This document shows, one piece after another, positions 38,966 through 53,499 of a stretch of DNA of 64,000 nt; within the stretch, counting starts at the first letter, position 1; every line of letters begins with the position of its first letter. This DNA is from Octopus sinensis (Eukaryota). The stretch is from positions 40,114,001-40,178,000 of the forward strand of contig NC_043013.1 in the NCBI RefSeq assembly GCF_006345805.1, read 5' to 3'. The notes beneath the pieces were generated by a model that was not told the DNA's origin, made no database searches, and worked only from the letters and a program-made list of their open reading frames with translations. The position numbers and the translations under genes are program-made.

Positions 38966-39039
38966 ACACACACCACACATACACATACATACATATATAC
39001 ATATATGTATATATATATACATCTGTGTGTGTGTGTGTG

Positions 39040-39950
39040 TGAAGTTAATTATATGTTGTCATAGAGTAATCAATGGTTTCACATCCATAAAGAGCTTAGC
39101 CTTATGGATGGCTCGTCAGACTCCAATGGCCGCGGACATATAACCTGTTTTCAAACTAGAGATAGAAAAATGTTACTGTAAGTTTTTGTAAACAAAAAAT
39201 ATATTGTCTGAGTTTTAGGTGGTATGGGTTATCACCTTAGAGTGGTTCCGGTCAACCAATTTTTACGGCTATAATCATCGAACGGAGAATTCTCTCCTTA
39301 GATTGGTTCCAGTTTGCAAATATTTTTTATGGCCCTAGCGTTTAAAATGCGGTCAGCGCTGTAGATCTCATTCTGAATTTTAAAATAGTCCCTAGGTCAA
39401 GCGAATCTTTTAGGATCCTTGCCTGCTGTTATGCAAAGCTTGCATCACCTGCTCCCGTTTATATAGCACCTCGGTTGTTCTAGAAGCCTCCATTTAATTT
39501 CGTATGGAGTTCCTTCATCCTTAAGGCGCCAAACGTGGCTGCTCAGGGACATGACGGAAAGCTTCCCAGAATCCTAAACGAGGGCTTATGGTTGTACAAG
39601 CGTCGCTTAAAGGTAGTTTCGGTCGAATCGATGTATCTCCGAACTTGAGTATTGGTTGTCATCGCCTCTAGTGTTTCTTCCGTTGGCTCCGTATCTGATG
39701 TTACTGATGTTGTTGCTGCTGTTGTTGTTGGAGCTGCTGTTATTTCTGGGCGTGGGTCCAGTTCCGGCCGCAGTGTTGGTGTTGCTGCTACTGTTGCCGG
39801 TGATACCGCTGAAGCTGCCGTCGATGTTGTTGTTTCTGGGCGTGGGATCGGTAGTTCCCCTGCCGTTGGCGTAGCAGTCATCTGCGGCTGCAATGCTGGC
39901 GTTGGTGCTGCGGCCGTAATTCGTGTTGGTGTTTCTGCCGCTTCCAACAT
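39040..39950 (-). mobile_element. 5'-truncated PLE (second Hydra-like family): Pro/Thr-rich segment, GIY-YIG endonuclease, 3' UTR with hammerhead
   Basis: RRYIDSTETTFKRRLYNHKPSF, then after a frameshift SLSSHVWRLKDEGTPYEIKWRLLE..YINGSR*CKLC, paralleling the 6.9-7.4 kb EN domain. Confidence 0.85.
39063..39125 (-). ncRNA. Type I hammerhead ribozyme with canonical CUGACGA core
   Basis: TGGAGT-CTGACGA-GCCATCCATAA..TTATGGATGT-GAAAC-CATTGATT-ACTCTA; long stem II, 6-bp stem I, one stem III mismatch; sense and downstream of the PLE EN. Confidence 0.75.
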
Positions 39951-40411
39951 CTACCTATGTATATATGTAGACTGATAAAGAGAGAGAGAGAGAGATGGCT
40001 GGCCAGATATATATGTTTGTTGTACGTGTGTGTGTGTGTGTGCATGTATACTTTTTGAACAACATGCATTTTGAGAGCAATATTACAATTGGTTACAAGT
40101 TTCCAATGCGCCAGTTCCGAGTCCACAGTATGTCTGATGACTAGGTTGACAAGGAAGTGTTTGCACAACAGGGCGGAATAAATAACTTCAGGCATTTTTA
40201 TTTGAATGAACTCTTTTTCCGGTTTTATCGGTAGAGTATACATTTTTGACAGACGTACATCAGTAAATTACTCAAACACACACACACACACATACATGCA
40301 CACATACATACACGCGGGCGTGCGCTGACAAACAACATGTAGAGTCAGAGAGATAGATACATAAGTAGAAAGGTAAATAGACAGACAGACAGATAGATAA
40401 ACAGACAGACT

Positions 40412-40485
<74 letters not shown>

Positions 40486-40486
40486 C

Positions 40487-40563
<77 letters not shown>

Positions 40564-40564
<1 letters not shown>

Positions 40565-41883
40565 CTTTCTTTTATTAGTCACACAGGGCTGAATACAGAG
40601 GGGACAAATACAAATGCAGAGCTTTTCTTTTCGAGGGTGGAAAAAAATAAAAAATGTAAGATTGCGATCAAAAGGGATCGAGGGGAGGAAAAAATAGGAA
40701 AAAAAAGAAAATCGTGTATCACAGAAATAATGGTGTAAACATTGATATAACAAGATTGGGTTCATCCGTGGGAAGAAAAGCCTACAGAAAAGACCACGGG
40801 AACCCCAGTCAGGGAGGAAATAAACACATGAGGTCAAAAATGCTCTCTTTCTTTCTTTTTTACGATCTACAGAATCATGCTCAAAATGGTTTCGTTACTA
40901 GCACGCACCATCTTTGCAACATTCACCCATCTTTTTTTGAATCTTTCGCGAGACAAAACTTCCCTCTCCATTCTCAACTTCCTTTTCAAGTGGTACTTGA
41001 AAAAGTTGATGAGCGATTGGCCAGAGAGGTAAGTGTTTGTCTCTAATCCTTTCGCTCGAGTCCACCACACACATTCTTTCACCATGGCCACCAGTACGAT
41101 GAAAACTGCCTTGCCTTCCCGGTTGAGGGAAGGGGGCGGAGCAATTCTCACGATAGACCCGGCCGATAGGCGGATTCGTCCCACACGTGACAGCAGCCGT
41201 TCGGCATAAGCCCACAGGTCGGAAATGGTTGGACATGCACGAGTGCGTGCAGAACGGTTTCGTCGCTCTGACCGCATCTCGGGCAAGTCGGTCCAGGTGT
41301 CTGGAACGTGTCTGTAGAGCTTATCCCGAACAGGTAATGTTCTCGATAGCACTGCCAGGCCAGAGATCTTTGTGATTGTTCATAGGTCCCGGCCCGAAAG
41401 TTGTCCTGAACAGGCGGGTCAGGGTTTCCTCGTCGACGCCCAGACTCTACGAGTTCGTCGTCGCACCTCCCCTCCACTAATCCTCTATAGAATGCCTTTG
41501 TTGTGATGGAGTCGCACAAGTTCGATCCCGGACGGCAGAGTTGCTTGAGAGCAACGCGACACTCGCGGTGCCATTCGCCTAGCCTCGGTCTCTGCTTGAT
41601 CCATGACTGTAGTTCGTCCAAGGAGACGAGCTGCGGGAAAGCGCGCCGCACAAAAGGCGACCACCCCTGTTCACCGTTGTCTATGAAGCGCCGGAGATGT
41701 CGCAGTCTCAGCGCATGTCTGCGCATCATCAACCACGGCATGCCCAGCCTCCATTTAGCGGGTGTTGGCAGCAAATGGATCGCCTAACCATCGGAACGTT
41801 CCCTTCCACAAGAAGCGGAAGAGTATGCGTTCCAGTTTGGTGATGGTAGGGTCGGGACAAGGCACGACGGTCAGACGATACTC
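40564..41883 (-). mobile_element. 5'-truncated Tx1/L1-clade LINE inserted in (GATA)n
   Basis: YRLTVVPCP..ILFRFLWKG, TCPRCGQSDETVLHA (CCHC domain), LINFFKYHLKRKLRMERE; 3' UTR ends AATAAAAGAAAG; (GATA)n on both flanks. Confidence 0.88.
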
Positions 41884-41926
<43 letters not shown>

Positions 41927-42264
41927 CTGAAAGAGAGACAAACAGACAGATAGATTGATAAACAGACACACATTCACACTCATACACACGCAGAAAGGAA
42001 AACAGAAAGATAGACAGCCAGAGAGATAAACAAATAAGTATCTCTTTCTCTCTCTCCTTCTCTCTATTGTACTACTTCGCTCGGTACCAAATTCATTTAC
42101 TGATTACTATAAACCAAAACGTACACTAATTCACTAAACTCCATTTTTTGTCTACAAACTTGTAACTTTGCCGATTACGGACCACCATTCTTTGGCTTCT
42201 GTTTTTTTTTTGTTTTTTTGTTTTTTTGCTTTACATTAGATATATCATAATTCATTATACTGGA

Positions 42265-43218
42265 AGCACAAGACCTCAACTTTTAGGGAATGGATTAAGT
42301 CGGTTACATCGACCCCAGTGCGTAACTGATACTTAACTTATCAAACCCCCACCCCCACCCATCCACCGAAATGATGAAAGGTAATGTCGATCCCGGCGGA
42401 ATTTGAACTCAGAACGCAAAACAGATGAAATACCTATTTCTTTACTACCCACAAGGGGCTAAACACAGAAAGGACAAACAAGGACAGACACACGGATTAA
42501 GACGATTATATCGACCCCAGTGCGTAACTGGTACTTGTTTAATCAATCCCGAAAGGATGAAAGGCAAAGTCGATATCGGCGGAATATGAACTCAGAACGT
42601 AACGGCAGACGAAATACCGCTAAGCATTTCGCCCGGTGTGCTAACGATTCTATTCTACTCTAGGCACAAGGCCTGAAATTGGGTGGGGGTTCAGTCGATT
42701 AGATCGACCCCAATATGCAACTGGTACTTAATTTATCGACCCCGAAAGGATGAAAGACAAAGTAGATCACGGCGGAATTTGAACTCAGAACATAAAGACA
42801 GATGAAACACCTATTTCTTTACTACCCACAAGGGGCTAAACACAGAAGGGACAAACAAGGACAGACAAACGGATTAAGTCGATTACATCGACTCCAGTGC
42901 GTAACTGGTACTTAATTTTATCGATCACGAAAGGATGAAAGACAAAGTCGACCTCAATGGAATTTGAACTCAGAACGTAGCGGCAGACGAAATACCTATT
43001 TCTTTATTACCCACAAGGGGCTAAACACAGAGGGGACAAACAAGGACAGACACAGGTATTAAATCGATTACATCGACCCCAGTGCGTAACTGGTACTTAT
43101 TTAATCGACCCCGAAAGGATGAAAGGCAAAGTCGACCTCGGCGGAATTTGAACTCAGAACGTAGCGGCAGACGAAATACCGCTGAGCATTTCGACCGATG
43201 TGCTAACGATTCTGCCAG
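42265..43218 (-). mobile_element. Two tandem SINE family B elements with 2 and 3 internal core units
   Basis: GAACTCAGAAC at about 42407, 42589, 42781, 42966 and 43150; heads at about 42620-42650 and 43185-43218. Confidence 0.9.
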
Positions 43219-43450
43219 CTATATGTGTCTGGTATATGGCTATATGTGTCTGGTTAAATCTAACCATTTAGTGCTTGCGTATTTTCAGTCTCACTTCAAT
43301 CGGTTGCAAGCATTTGGTGTACTATTCCGTCCTCATGTACTTTTCTGTTGCGGACATTGAGCTTCATATGTTCAGACTGAACTTCAACCACATCAGTCTC
43401 ACCAGCCTGGAAGGTGAACCTACAAAGGTCATAAGCAGTTTTGGCTGTTT

Positions 43451-43526
<76 letters not shown>

Positions 43527-43531
43527 CAGAC

Positions 43532-43562
<31 letters not shown>

Positions 43563-43569
43563 GACAGAC

Positions 43570-43743
<174 letters not shown>

Positions 43744-44150
43744 GGCAGCGCACAGGAACTTTTCCAGAGCCTCTTGAACCAGTGGTAATAAGGGAGGAAG
43801 TCACCCTCAGACCAGAGCCCTAGACTTATAATGCTTGCAACAGACAACAGAATGGATGTGAAAGAAGAAGAAAAAATAAATAACTAGGACGACTTGAAGT
43901 GGGAAACACGAAGGTTGTGTTGAATGAAGAGAGTAAACGCGATATCAATAGTAATTGGTGCACTTGGAAGAATCAGCACTCAACTACCAACAAGCTAGTG
44001 TGAAGGTAGAACATCTACAAAAATCAGCATTCCTTGGGACTGCAAGAATAATTCGCAGGGTTCTTGAAGCGAATTTAGTCTGCTGGCTGTGGACAGTTGA
44101 CACTTTCCATCATACCCTAAGCTAAGACTTTTCATCAAATAATAATGATG

Positions 44151-44227
<77 letters not shown>

Positions 44228-44329
44228 AAGAAGAAGAAGAAGAAGAAGAAGAAGAAGAAGAAGAAGAAGAAGAAGAAGAAGAAGAAGAATGGTATAAAAG
44301 ATGGGCTGCAGCTAATATTCTGCTCAATA

Positions 44330-44550
44330 CCTATTTCTTTATTACCCATAAGGGGATAAACACAGAGGGGACAAACAAGGACAGACATAGGTATTAAGTC
44401 GATTACATCGACCCCTGTGCTTAACTGGCACTTAATTTATCGACCCCGAAATGATGAAAGGCAAAGTCGACCTCGGCGGAATTTGAACTCACAACGTAAG
44501 GCAGACGAAATACGGCTAAGCATTTCGCTCGGCGTGCTAACGTTTCTGCC
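44330..44550 (-). mobile_element. SINE family B
   Basis: Core and head as above. Confidence 0.9.
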
Positions 44551-45398
44551 CTGCTCAATACCACAGAGTCGCTTGTCAGTTGTTTGACCTTAACCAGTTG
44601 AGCATTTTCCCAAGTGGTTGATGATATATACATCTCTGATCTCGAGTAGAAGTAGTGAGAAGGCATCATAGCCATATGTTGAAAGGAATTCTTTGGGGTT
44701 TGGATAATTCACTTTTGGAAACATGGATGTTTCGTTCATCATCCTTAAACATCCTTATTCAGGGACCTTTTGAGCGGGATGGGCTACTCGACCTGAAGAA
44801 AAATTCTAACTGGGCCCCACCTGCAAAGTTTGCGCTGTTTATACCAGTAATATTATGGGGGAGATATGGGGGAAACGGGACTTCTACGAAGCCGTCACCT
44901 TGCCTTCCTAAAGAGCAACACCAAAAATATCTCTCTATCTTGTGGAGAATAGAAATCGTTTTAGTTAAAAGAGATATTTACTTAACGGTTAGACTTTCAA
45001 CGAGAGTGTCATGTCTTCTTCAAACGCTCAGCTTACATGAAGAAGACGTGAGGTTTGTTGGAGGTGGGTGGGTGTTTATATGTGCAGGAGGGTGGGTGGG
45101 TGGGTGAATGCCGGAGGGTGAAGGGCCAATGGAGGTCAAGGGTTCAGAATAAACACATACACAATGAAATACTACAGGACCGTACACATTATATATATAT
45201 ATACACACACACATATTCTTTCTTTCTCTCTATCTCTCTTTCTCCCTCTTTCTATCTATCTATCTATCTGTTTATCTGTCTGTCTATCCCCCTCTATATC
45301 TCTCTTTCCTTCTCTCTCTCTCTCTACCTCTCTCTCCCTCTCCGTCTCTCTCTCTCTCCCTCTTTCTTTCCACTTTCTCACTACCTTTCCTCCTACCC

Positions 45399-45432
<34 letters not shown>

Positions 45433-45544
45433 ACTTTCTCCCTTCCTCTTTCCTCTCTCTCTACCTCTCTTTGTCTTCAGCTCTATCTTTCTCTATCTTT
45501 CTCCTCTCCTTCCTCTTCCTCACTACCTCCCCTTCTAACCCTCC

Positions 45545-45592
<48 letters not shown>

Positions 45593-46720
45593 CCCTTCCT
45601 CTCTGCTTGTTACTATGGCCACATCTGTGGATGCGGCGTATATGTCGACCTGTAAATAGACGTCAATATTTACACACCGTTCACAAAACTGACTAATAGG
45701 TCGTGTGGACCACAATAAACACAAACTGACATGTACAAACATGTTCAACACTCTGGCCCCCAAAACATTAAGTAAATTTAACCTCCATGCCTTATAGTAC
45801 ACCTCTTTGGTAATGCATATGTGCATGTGTGTATGTGTGTGCGTATATATATGTGAGTGCATGTGTGTATATGTATATATATGTATGTATGTATGTATGT
45901 ATGCATGTATGTATGTATGTGTATGTATGTATGTATGTATGTATGTATGTGTACATATATAGAGATACATACATTTACATATGTAAATACATACACTCAA
46001 GCACACAAACATATATATATATATATATATAGTGACATCAGCGACTATATATATATACACACACACATACATATTCCTCCACATACACACATACACAATA
46101 TGTGTGAAAGAGAGAGATGGGTTAATCAGTACTGCATCAAAAAGTAAACTCTTACCACGGTGGTGGGAGTATGATTGAGGAGTAGTAGAGAGAGGAAGAG
46201 AGTGAGTGGGTGAGTGAATGAGTGAGTGAGTGAGTGAGTGAGTGAGTGAGTGAGTGAGTGAGTGAGTGAGTGGGTGAGTGAGTGGAGAAAGAATGAGGAA
46301 GAAAATTAGAGAGAACCAACAAGATCTTGGTTTTTACCAAGTAAATACCACCTGTCTGCAGAAATTTGAAAACTGGTTGGGTGGTGGTGGTGGTGGTAAA
46401 TGGTGGTGATGGTGGTAGCGGCAGCGGCGGCGGCGGCGGCGGTGGTGGTGGTGGTGGTGGTGGTGGTGGTGGTGGTGATGGTGGTGGTCGTGGTGTTATA
46501 GAAGGGTGGTAGATTGTTGGAAAATTGCGGTGTGGTGGGAGTATGAAGGTGAGAGAAGGTAATTGGAAACTTGTCAAGTGTGTTACATTCCTTCCTAGCG
46601 GTCACTGAGTCAACTAAGGGCAAGTAACTCCAATCTTTGGCGTCGAACTTGGTTTGGAACGAAAATAACTTGCAGCTCCTACTCCTACCATTACCACAAC
46701 TAATATAACTACTACTGTTG

Positions 46721-46772
<52 letters not shown>

Positions 46773-47069
46773 CAGCAGCAGCAGCAGCAGTAGCTGTCCA
46801 AGAATTTGGACCTGGAGATCTCCATTTCCAGCGACTTCGAGGGCCACCTGCCAGTGGTGTCGGGCGTCAACGAAGAGCCCTCGACTACAACAAGAAGACC
46901 AAAGCTTTTTTTTCCAAGGTCTGGGGTCTCCCGCCCCTAAGCCCTTGACCATCACCTAATCACCCTTACCCGTCTTGTTGCTTAACAACAACAACAACAG
47001 CAGCAGCAGCAGTAGTACTAATAGTTGTAATAATGGTGATCGTGGTGGTAGTGGTCAAGCTAATATTGA

Positions 47070-47695
47070 TTTCAAATTTTGGCACAAGGCCAGCAAGTTT
47101 CGTGGGAGTGAGTGAGTCGATTACCTGGTAATCTCGGAGTGTAAAAGACGGACAAAATGTCGCTAAGCATTTTGCCCGGTGTGCTAACGATTCTTATTTC
47201 TTTATTGCCCACAAGGGGCTAAACGTAGAGGGTACAAACAAGAGCAGACAAACGGATTAAGTCGATTATATCGACCCCAAGTGCGTAACTGATACTTATT
47301 TAATCGACCCCGAAAGGATGAAAGACAAAGTCGACCTCGGCGGAATTTGAACTCAGAACGTAACGGCAGACGAAATACGGCTACCCATTTTGCCCGGCGT
47401 GCTAAAGTTTCTGATTTCTTTATTCTAAAATGGAGTATATATTTCTTTACTACCCACAAGAGGCTAAACACAGAGGAGACAAACAAGGACAGACAAAGGG
47501 ATTAAGTCAATTACCTCGACCCCAGTGCGTAACTGGTACTTATTTAATCGACTCCAGTGCGTAACTGGTACTTATTTAATCGACCCCGAAAGGATGAAAG
47601 GCAAAGTCGACCTCGGCGGAATTTGAACTCAGAACGTAACGGCAGACGAAATACGGCTACGCATTTTGCCCGGCGTGCTAAAGTTTCTGCCAGCT
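47070..47695 (-). mobile_element. Cluster of SINE family B copies
   Basis: Two cores with heads, a short internal duplication near 47520-47580, and a tail fragment at 47070. Confidence 0.9.
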
Positions 47696-48938
47696 CTTCA
47701 CTTTCAGTAATGCCAATGCTGAGTTGAAAAACATGGGGATATGGTCTCAGTTTTGGTTGGGGATGAGAAGATTTAATTTATTAAATCGAAATCAATTCTT
47801 TACTTGGTACTTTATCTACCTTAACACTAAGGGAAGTAACTCTGAGTGAGTCATTGTGATAGGGTTTGGCATTTCACATTTCCATGAAAACCAACGTTAT
47901 TTCTTCTATAGTAATGAAAGTAAAATTCTGTCTGTCTGTCTGTCTAGGACCCCTGCGTCACAGTCTACATTTACACTATATAGACACATTATACCCTTTG
48001 GGAATCAGGATGATTACAGGATTGAAAATCTGCTCCTTACTAGATTCTTGAACATCCAGCTTTCGGATCTGATTTAAAAACGTCTGGGTTGCTATTTTTA
48101 ACAGGTAAAGTTTGGCCGGTTCACGCCATCTTAGTTCGGGTTTGTCAGATGACGTCAGCAATCAAGGGGGAGATAGAAGACATTCGCTTCGTTAATTTTA
48201 CGTCGTGATAAGAACTTTGGGACAAATTGGCCAACAGTTGAAATTCAAATTAGGACTGGAACAATAGAATGATTGCATTACAGAATTAATTCTCTTAACA
48301 TCTGATCAAACATCACCGGGGCATATAGCCATTATAGACGTATAGAGTAGTGTTTGGTGGTGGTGGTGGCAGCTGCGGGGGCGGCGGCGGGGGAGGCAGC
48401 GGAGGCGGCGGTGGTGGTGGTGGTGGTGGTGGTGGCGGCAGCGGCGGTGGTGGTGGTGGTGGTGGTGGTGGTGGTCGCGGTGGTAGTGGTGGTGGTCATC
48501 TTCATGTAGACGTTGAAAAATAACTTATTCTAGGGTTTTTCATTTGTAAATTTAATAGACCATGTAATCAGAACTTAAAAAAACTGCTTGAAGGCACAAG
48601 GCGTGCTATACAAGCCTGCCTAGATTCGACTCTCCAAAGAATGAGACTATTAGTAGATCGTATCATTATATTTTTTACATTAAAATTATATGTGTGTATG
48701 TGTGTGTGTATGAATGTATGTATGCATATATATATATTTTTCCACAACTTAGTTCAATTTGAAAACCCCACTAGAATGGGCGAAAGCACTAATATATGAT
48801 ATATGATATATCTTAAATGATGTATAAAAACATGAAGTATACAAATAAATATCTGTTAATATAAAACCATCCGAATTTCTGAGTACTCATATCTTCTAAT
48901 ATAAAATACTATACATCATCTCCAAACCTTCATATTAC

Positions 48939-48978
<40 letters not shown>

Positions 48979-49031
48979 TTATATATATATATAGATATAT
49001 ATATATATATATTATATATTAAATATATAAT

Positions 49032-49065
<34 letters not shown>

Positions 49066-49151
49066 ATATTACATATATATATGTATATATATATATACAT
49101 ATATACATATATTATACATATATATATACATATATATATATACATATATAC

Positions 49152-49184
<33 letters not shown>

Positions 49185-49224
49185 CATATATACAGATATA
49201 TATATATATACATATATATATATA

Positions 49225-49267
<43 letters not shown>

Positions 49268-49274
49268 TATATAC

Positions 49275-49880
<606 letters not shown>

Positions 49881-49912
49881 ACCCACATACAACACACACA
49901 CACACACACACA

Positions 49913-49943
<31 letters not shown>

Positions 49944-49950
49944 ATATATA

Positions 49951-50516
49951 TATCTATACAATATGTTACATTACTCGGTAGTCAAGATAAAACTCTGAGT
50001 TTCAGATGCCGAAGTGGAAATCCACAATACCATCTCTTCGGTTATCTGGCTATTGAAAACGTTATGAAAAAATACCGTTAAAAATGAAGGGAAATTACTC
50101 TGTTATAACTCTGCTTTGCCTGCGTACTTATACATCGCTCGCATTTTTCGTCATAAAAATTATATAAAAATACATAAAAAATATAAAAATATATAAAATC
50201 TTCTTTTTATATATTTTATATATTTTTATGTATTTTATATAATTTTTATGACGAAAAATGCGAGCGATGTATATGTACGCAGGCAAAGCAGAGTTTAACA
50301 GAGTAATTTCCCTTCATTTTTAACGGTATTTTTTCATAACGTTTTCAAATAGCCAGATAACCGAAGAGATGGTGTTGTGGATTTCCACTTCGGCATCTGA
50401 AACTCAGAGTTTTATCTTGACTACCGAGTAATGTAACATATTGTATAGATAAATTTCCTCTATTTACATAATATTGAGGTCTCTTTCTTTCTTTTGTTAT
50501 CTTACCGTTTTATCAA
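49951..50516 (+). mobile_element. Pseudo-LTR-only fold-back copy of the 6.6-9.85 kb PLE family
   Basis: 49951-50197 is the reverse complement of about 50205-50451 with a loop of a few nt; nearly identical to 9590-9850; 3' tail 50452-50516 on the right arm only; (TA)n flanks. Confidence 0.92.
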
Positions 50517-51209
50517 TATATATATATATATATATTATAAGATATATATATATATAATTATATATATATTTGGTATTTGGTTTTATATTCTTTTCTACTC
50601 TAGGCATAAGGCCCGAAATTTTGGGGAGGGGTCCAATCAATTAGATCGGCCCCAGTACGCAACTGGTACTTATTTAATCGACCCCGAAAGGATGAAAGGC
50701 AAAGTCGACCTCGGCGGAATTTGAACTCAGAACGTAAAGACAGACGAAATAGCACTAAGCTCGCCGCCTTATGGTTGTTCTTATATTGTAATAAAACAGT
50801 TTTACTCTAAATGGAAGGATTGCTAAATACATTTCGTAGAGTCAAATATATTATTCATTCGCATGAATAATATTGATAGAGACTTCGAAGTTTCGGTCAA
50901 CAAAGCCATCATCGGACTGTTTATGTAAAGGAGTGGTATATAATATTGATTCAATGAATCGTGCACCTATCACATGGTGTATACGATTGTATTGCATGAT
51001 GCTAAACATACATATTAATACAAAGATATACGTATAATTTCTTGTATACTATAATACTATATAAAGTGGGTTACGAAAGGGCTGTAACCGTATATGAAAG
51101 TAATATGTATGAATAGATATATCTTCACTTCTCACCCTCCTGAATTTATGGTGTGTATATATGTGTGTTTATATATTATTATATATATATATATAATAAT
51201 ATATATATA

Positions 51210-51241
<32 letters not shown>

Positions 51242-51370
51242 TACATACATATATATGTATGTGTATGTATATGTATGTATGTGTGTTGTACATATAAGTA
51301 TATATAGAGAGAGAGCAGCCATATACACACTAACACGCACGCCACACACACACACACCACACACACACAC

Positions 51371-51450
<80 letters not shown>

Positions 51451-51526
51451 CATAATAATAGAAGAGAACAAGGTGTTTTCGTTACGCCGCAATAATTTAT
51501 GTATAAAATATATATATATAAAAATA

Positions 51527-51924
51527 CAAAATGGGACAAGAACGCAAAACATTCAAATAGACGACACAAAAAGTGGACGGGTCATTCGAAGCCTCTAATC
51601 TTCAGTCAAGAACCGGATCATTATTTTTATTATTATTATTATTATTATTGTTTTTTGTATTTATATTCGTATTACCTTTTGTTTTTTGTATTTATTTTGT
51701 GTGGCATCGTCCGTTTTTCTGTCCTTGTTTCGATGGTTTTTCCAAGAAATCTAATGCTCGTAGCTTAGTTTTTCCTTTGGGCTGGCCGGATCGGAGCGAT
51801 CTCAAGATTAATCAGCCGAAATTGCGAGGATGATCCGGTTCTTGACTGAAGATTAGAGGCTTCGAATGACCCGTCCGTTTTTTGTGTCGTCTATCTGGAT
51901 GTTTTGCGTTCTTGTCCCATTTTT
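51527..51924. mobile_element. Fold-back element with 95-bp inverted arms in TA-rich flanks
   Basis: 51527-51621 versus 51830-51924 reverse complement with few mismatches. Confidence 0.8.
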
Positions 51925-52055
51925 ATATCTATATATTTTATACATACATAATACATACATATATACATAATTACACACGCATACTTCTGTGTACATATAC
52001 ATGTATACAGACATACAAATATATACAATGTTTGCATTTGCGTGTGTATGCATAA

Positions 52056-52152
<97 letters not shown>

Positions 52153-52217
52153 GCGTGTGGGAGAAAGAGAGGCATATGTTATCATATAGTGTAGACTACA
52201 TATGAACTCTTTGTTGT

Positions 52218-52319
<102 letters not shown>

Positions 52320-52386
52320 TAGATGTACAGACAGACAGATAGAAAGACCAACAGACAGACAGAAACTGATGGACAGGCAGACAGTC

Positions 52387-52533
<147 letters not shown>

Positions 52534-52954
52534 GCGTGTGGGAGAAAGGGAGGTGTTTGTTATCATATAGTGTAGAGTACATATGAACTCTTTGTCGTAT
52601 AGAGACTCTTGACTTTCTGGAGAACAGTAGTAGTTAACTATGTTACTTGTAAACCTGTGTTTCCTGAGAGATATTCTTTTATGTCGGTGCCATTTTTACA
52701 ATACAGCACAATGTTCCATGTATTACTACAAAGGATTTTCTAATGCATGTGGGAATGTTAATTGCTCACTTTAAGTCGCGAATCCAACTGAGATGAGCAA
52801 AGAAGCCTCCTTGAAACCGCTCCTCGCCACAGTGATATACAGAAACACGGTGGAACCTTCTCGAAGGAGATGAATGAATTTTCTTAAAGCTAAAGTAACA
52901 AGAAATAAAGGAAATAGAAATCAGTCAGGTTGTCACTGTCGCTCTTGTTGTAAC

Positions 52955-52987
<33 letters not shown>

Positions 52988-53295
52988 GGCTGTTGCAGCT
53001 GCTAAGATTCAAGTGAACTCTGAAGATGTAGACCTCGAGGCGCGTGTATCTCTGATGTAAAATCGCTGTTTGTTTGTTTGTTTTATCTCTTTTTGTCTTT
53101 CGTAAATATTATATAGGTGAAGGTGCGTGGTCTTAGTGGTTTGGCCTTAGCTTTTACGATTGTAAATTCGTGATTTCAAATTTACAATTCCCGGATCTGG
53201 CGGTGTTCTTATACTCTTGAACAAGACCCTTCTTTCACGTTGTTCCAGTTCACTTAGCTGTGAGTTCCAACAATGGCTGGGAAGTAACCCTGCGA

Positions 53296-53395
53296 NNNNN
53301 NNNNNNNNNNNNNNNNNNNNNNNNNNNNNNNNNNNNNNNNNNNNNNNNNNNNNNNNNNNNNNNNNNNNNNNNNNNNNNNNNNNNNNNNNNNNNNN
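53296..53395. other. Assembly gap (100 N)
   Basis: Run of N. Confidence 1.
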
Positions 53396-53499
53396 GTTTA
53401 GCAGTTAATTAACAATACTGAAAGCAAGCCGGATTATGGAAACCTCCAAGGAGCTCCAAATATAACAGCAGCTGTCGTATTGTTACTTGTACACATAAT

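Noticed and set aside
47902-48350. Possible non-autonomous Helitron (TC start with GTCT repeats); similar start at about 54610
   Set aside because: No clear 3' hairpin plus CTRR, so boundaries are unsupported.
50881-50920. Minus-strand CCGATGA-TGG..CC-GAAAC-TTC
   Set aside because: Stem I and stem III do not pair; at best a decayed remnant.
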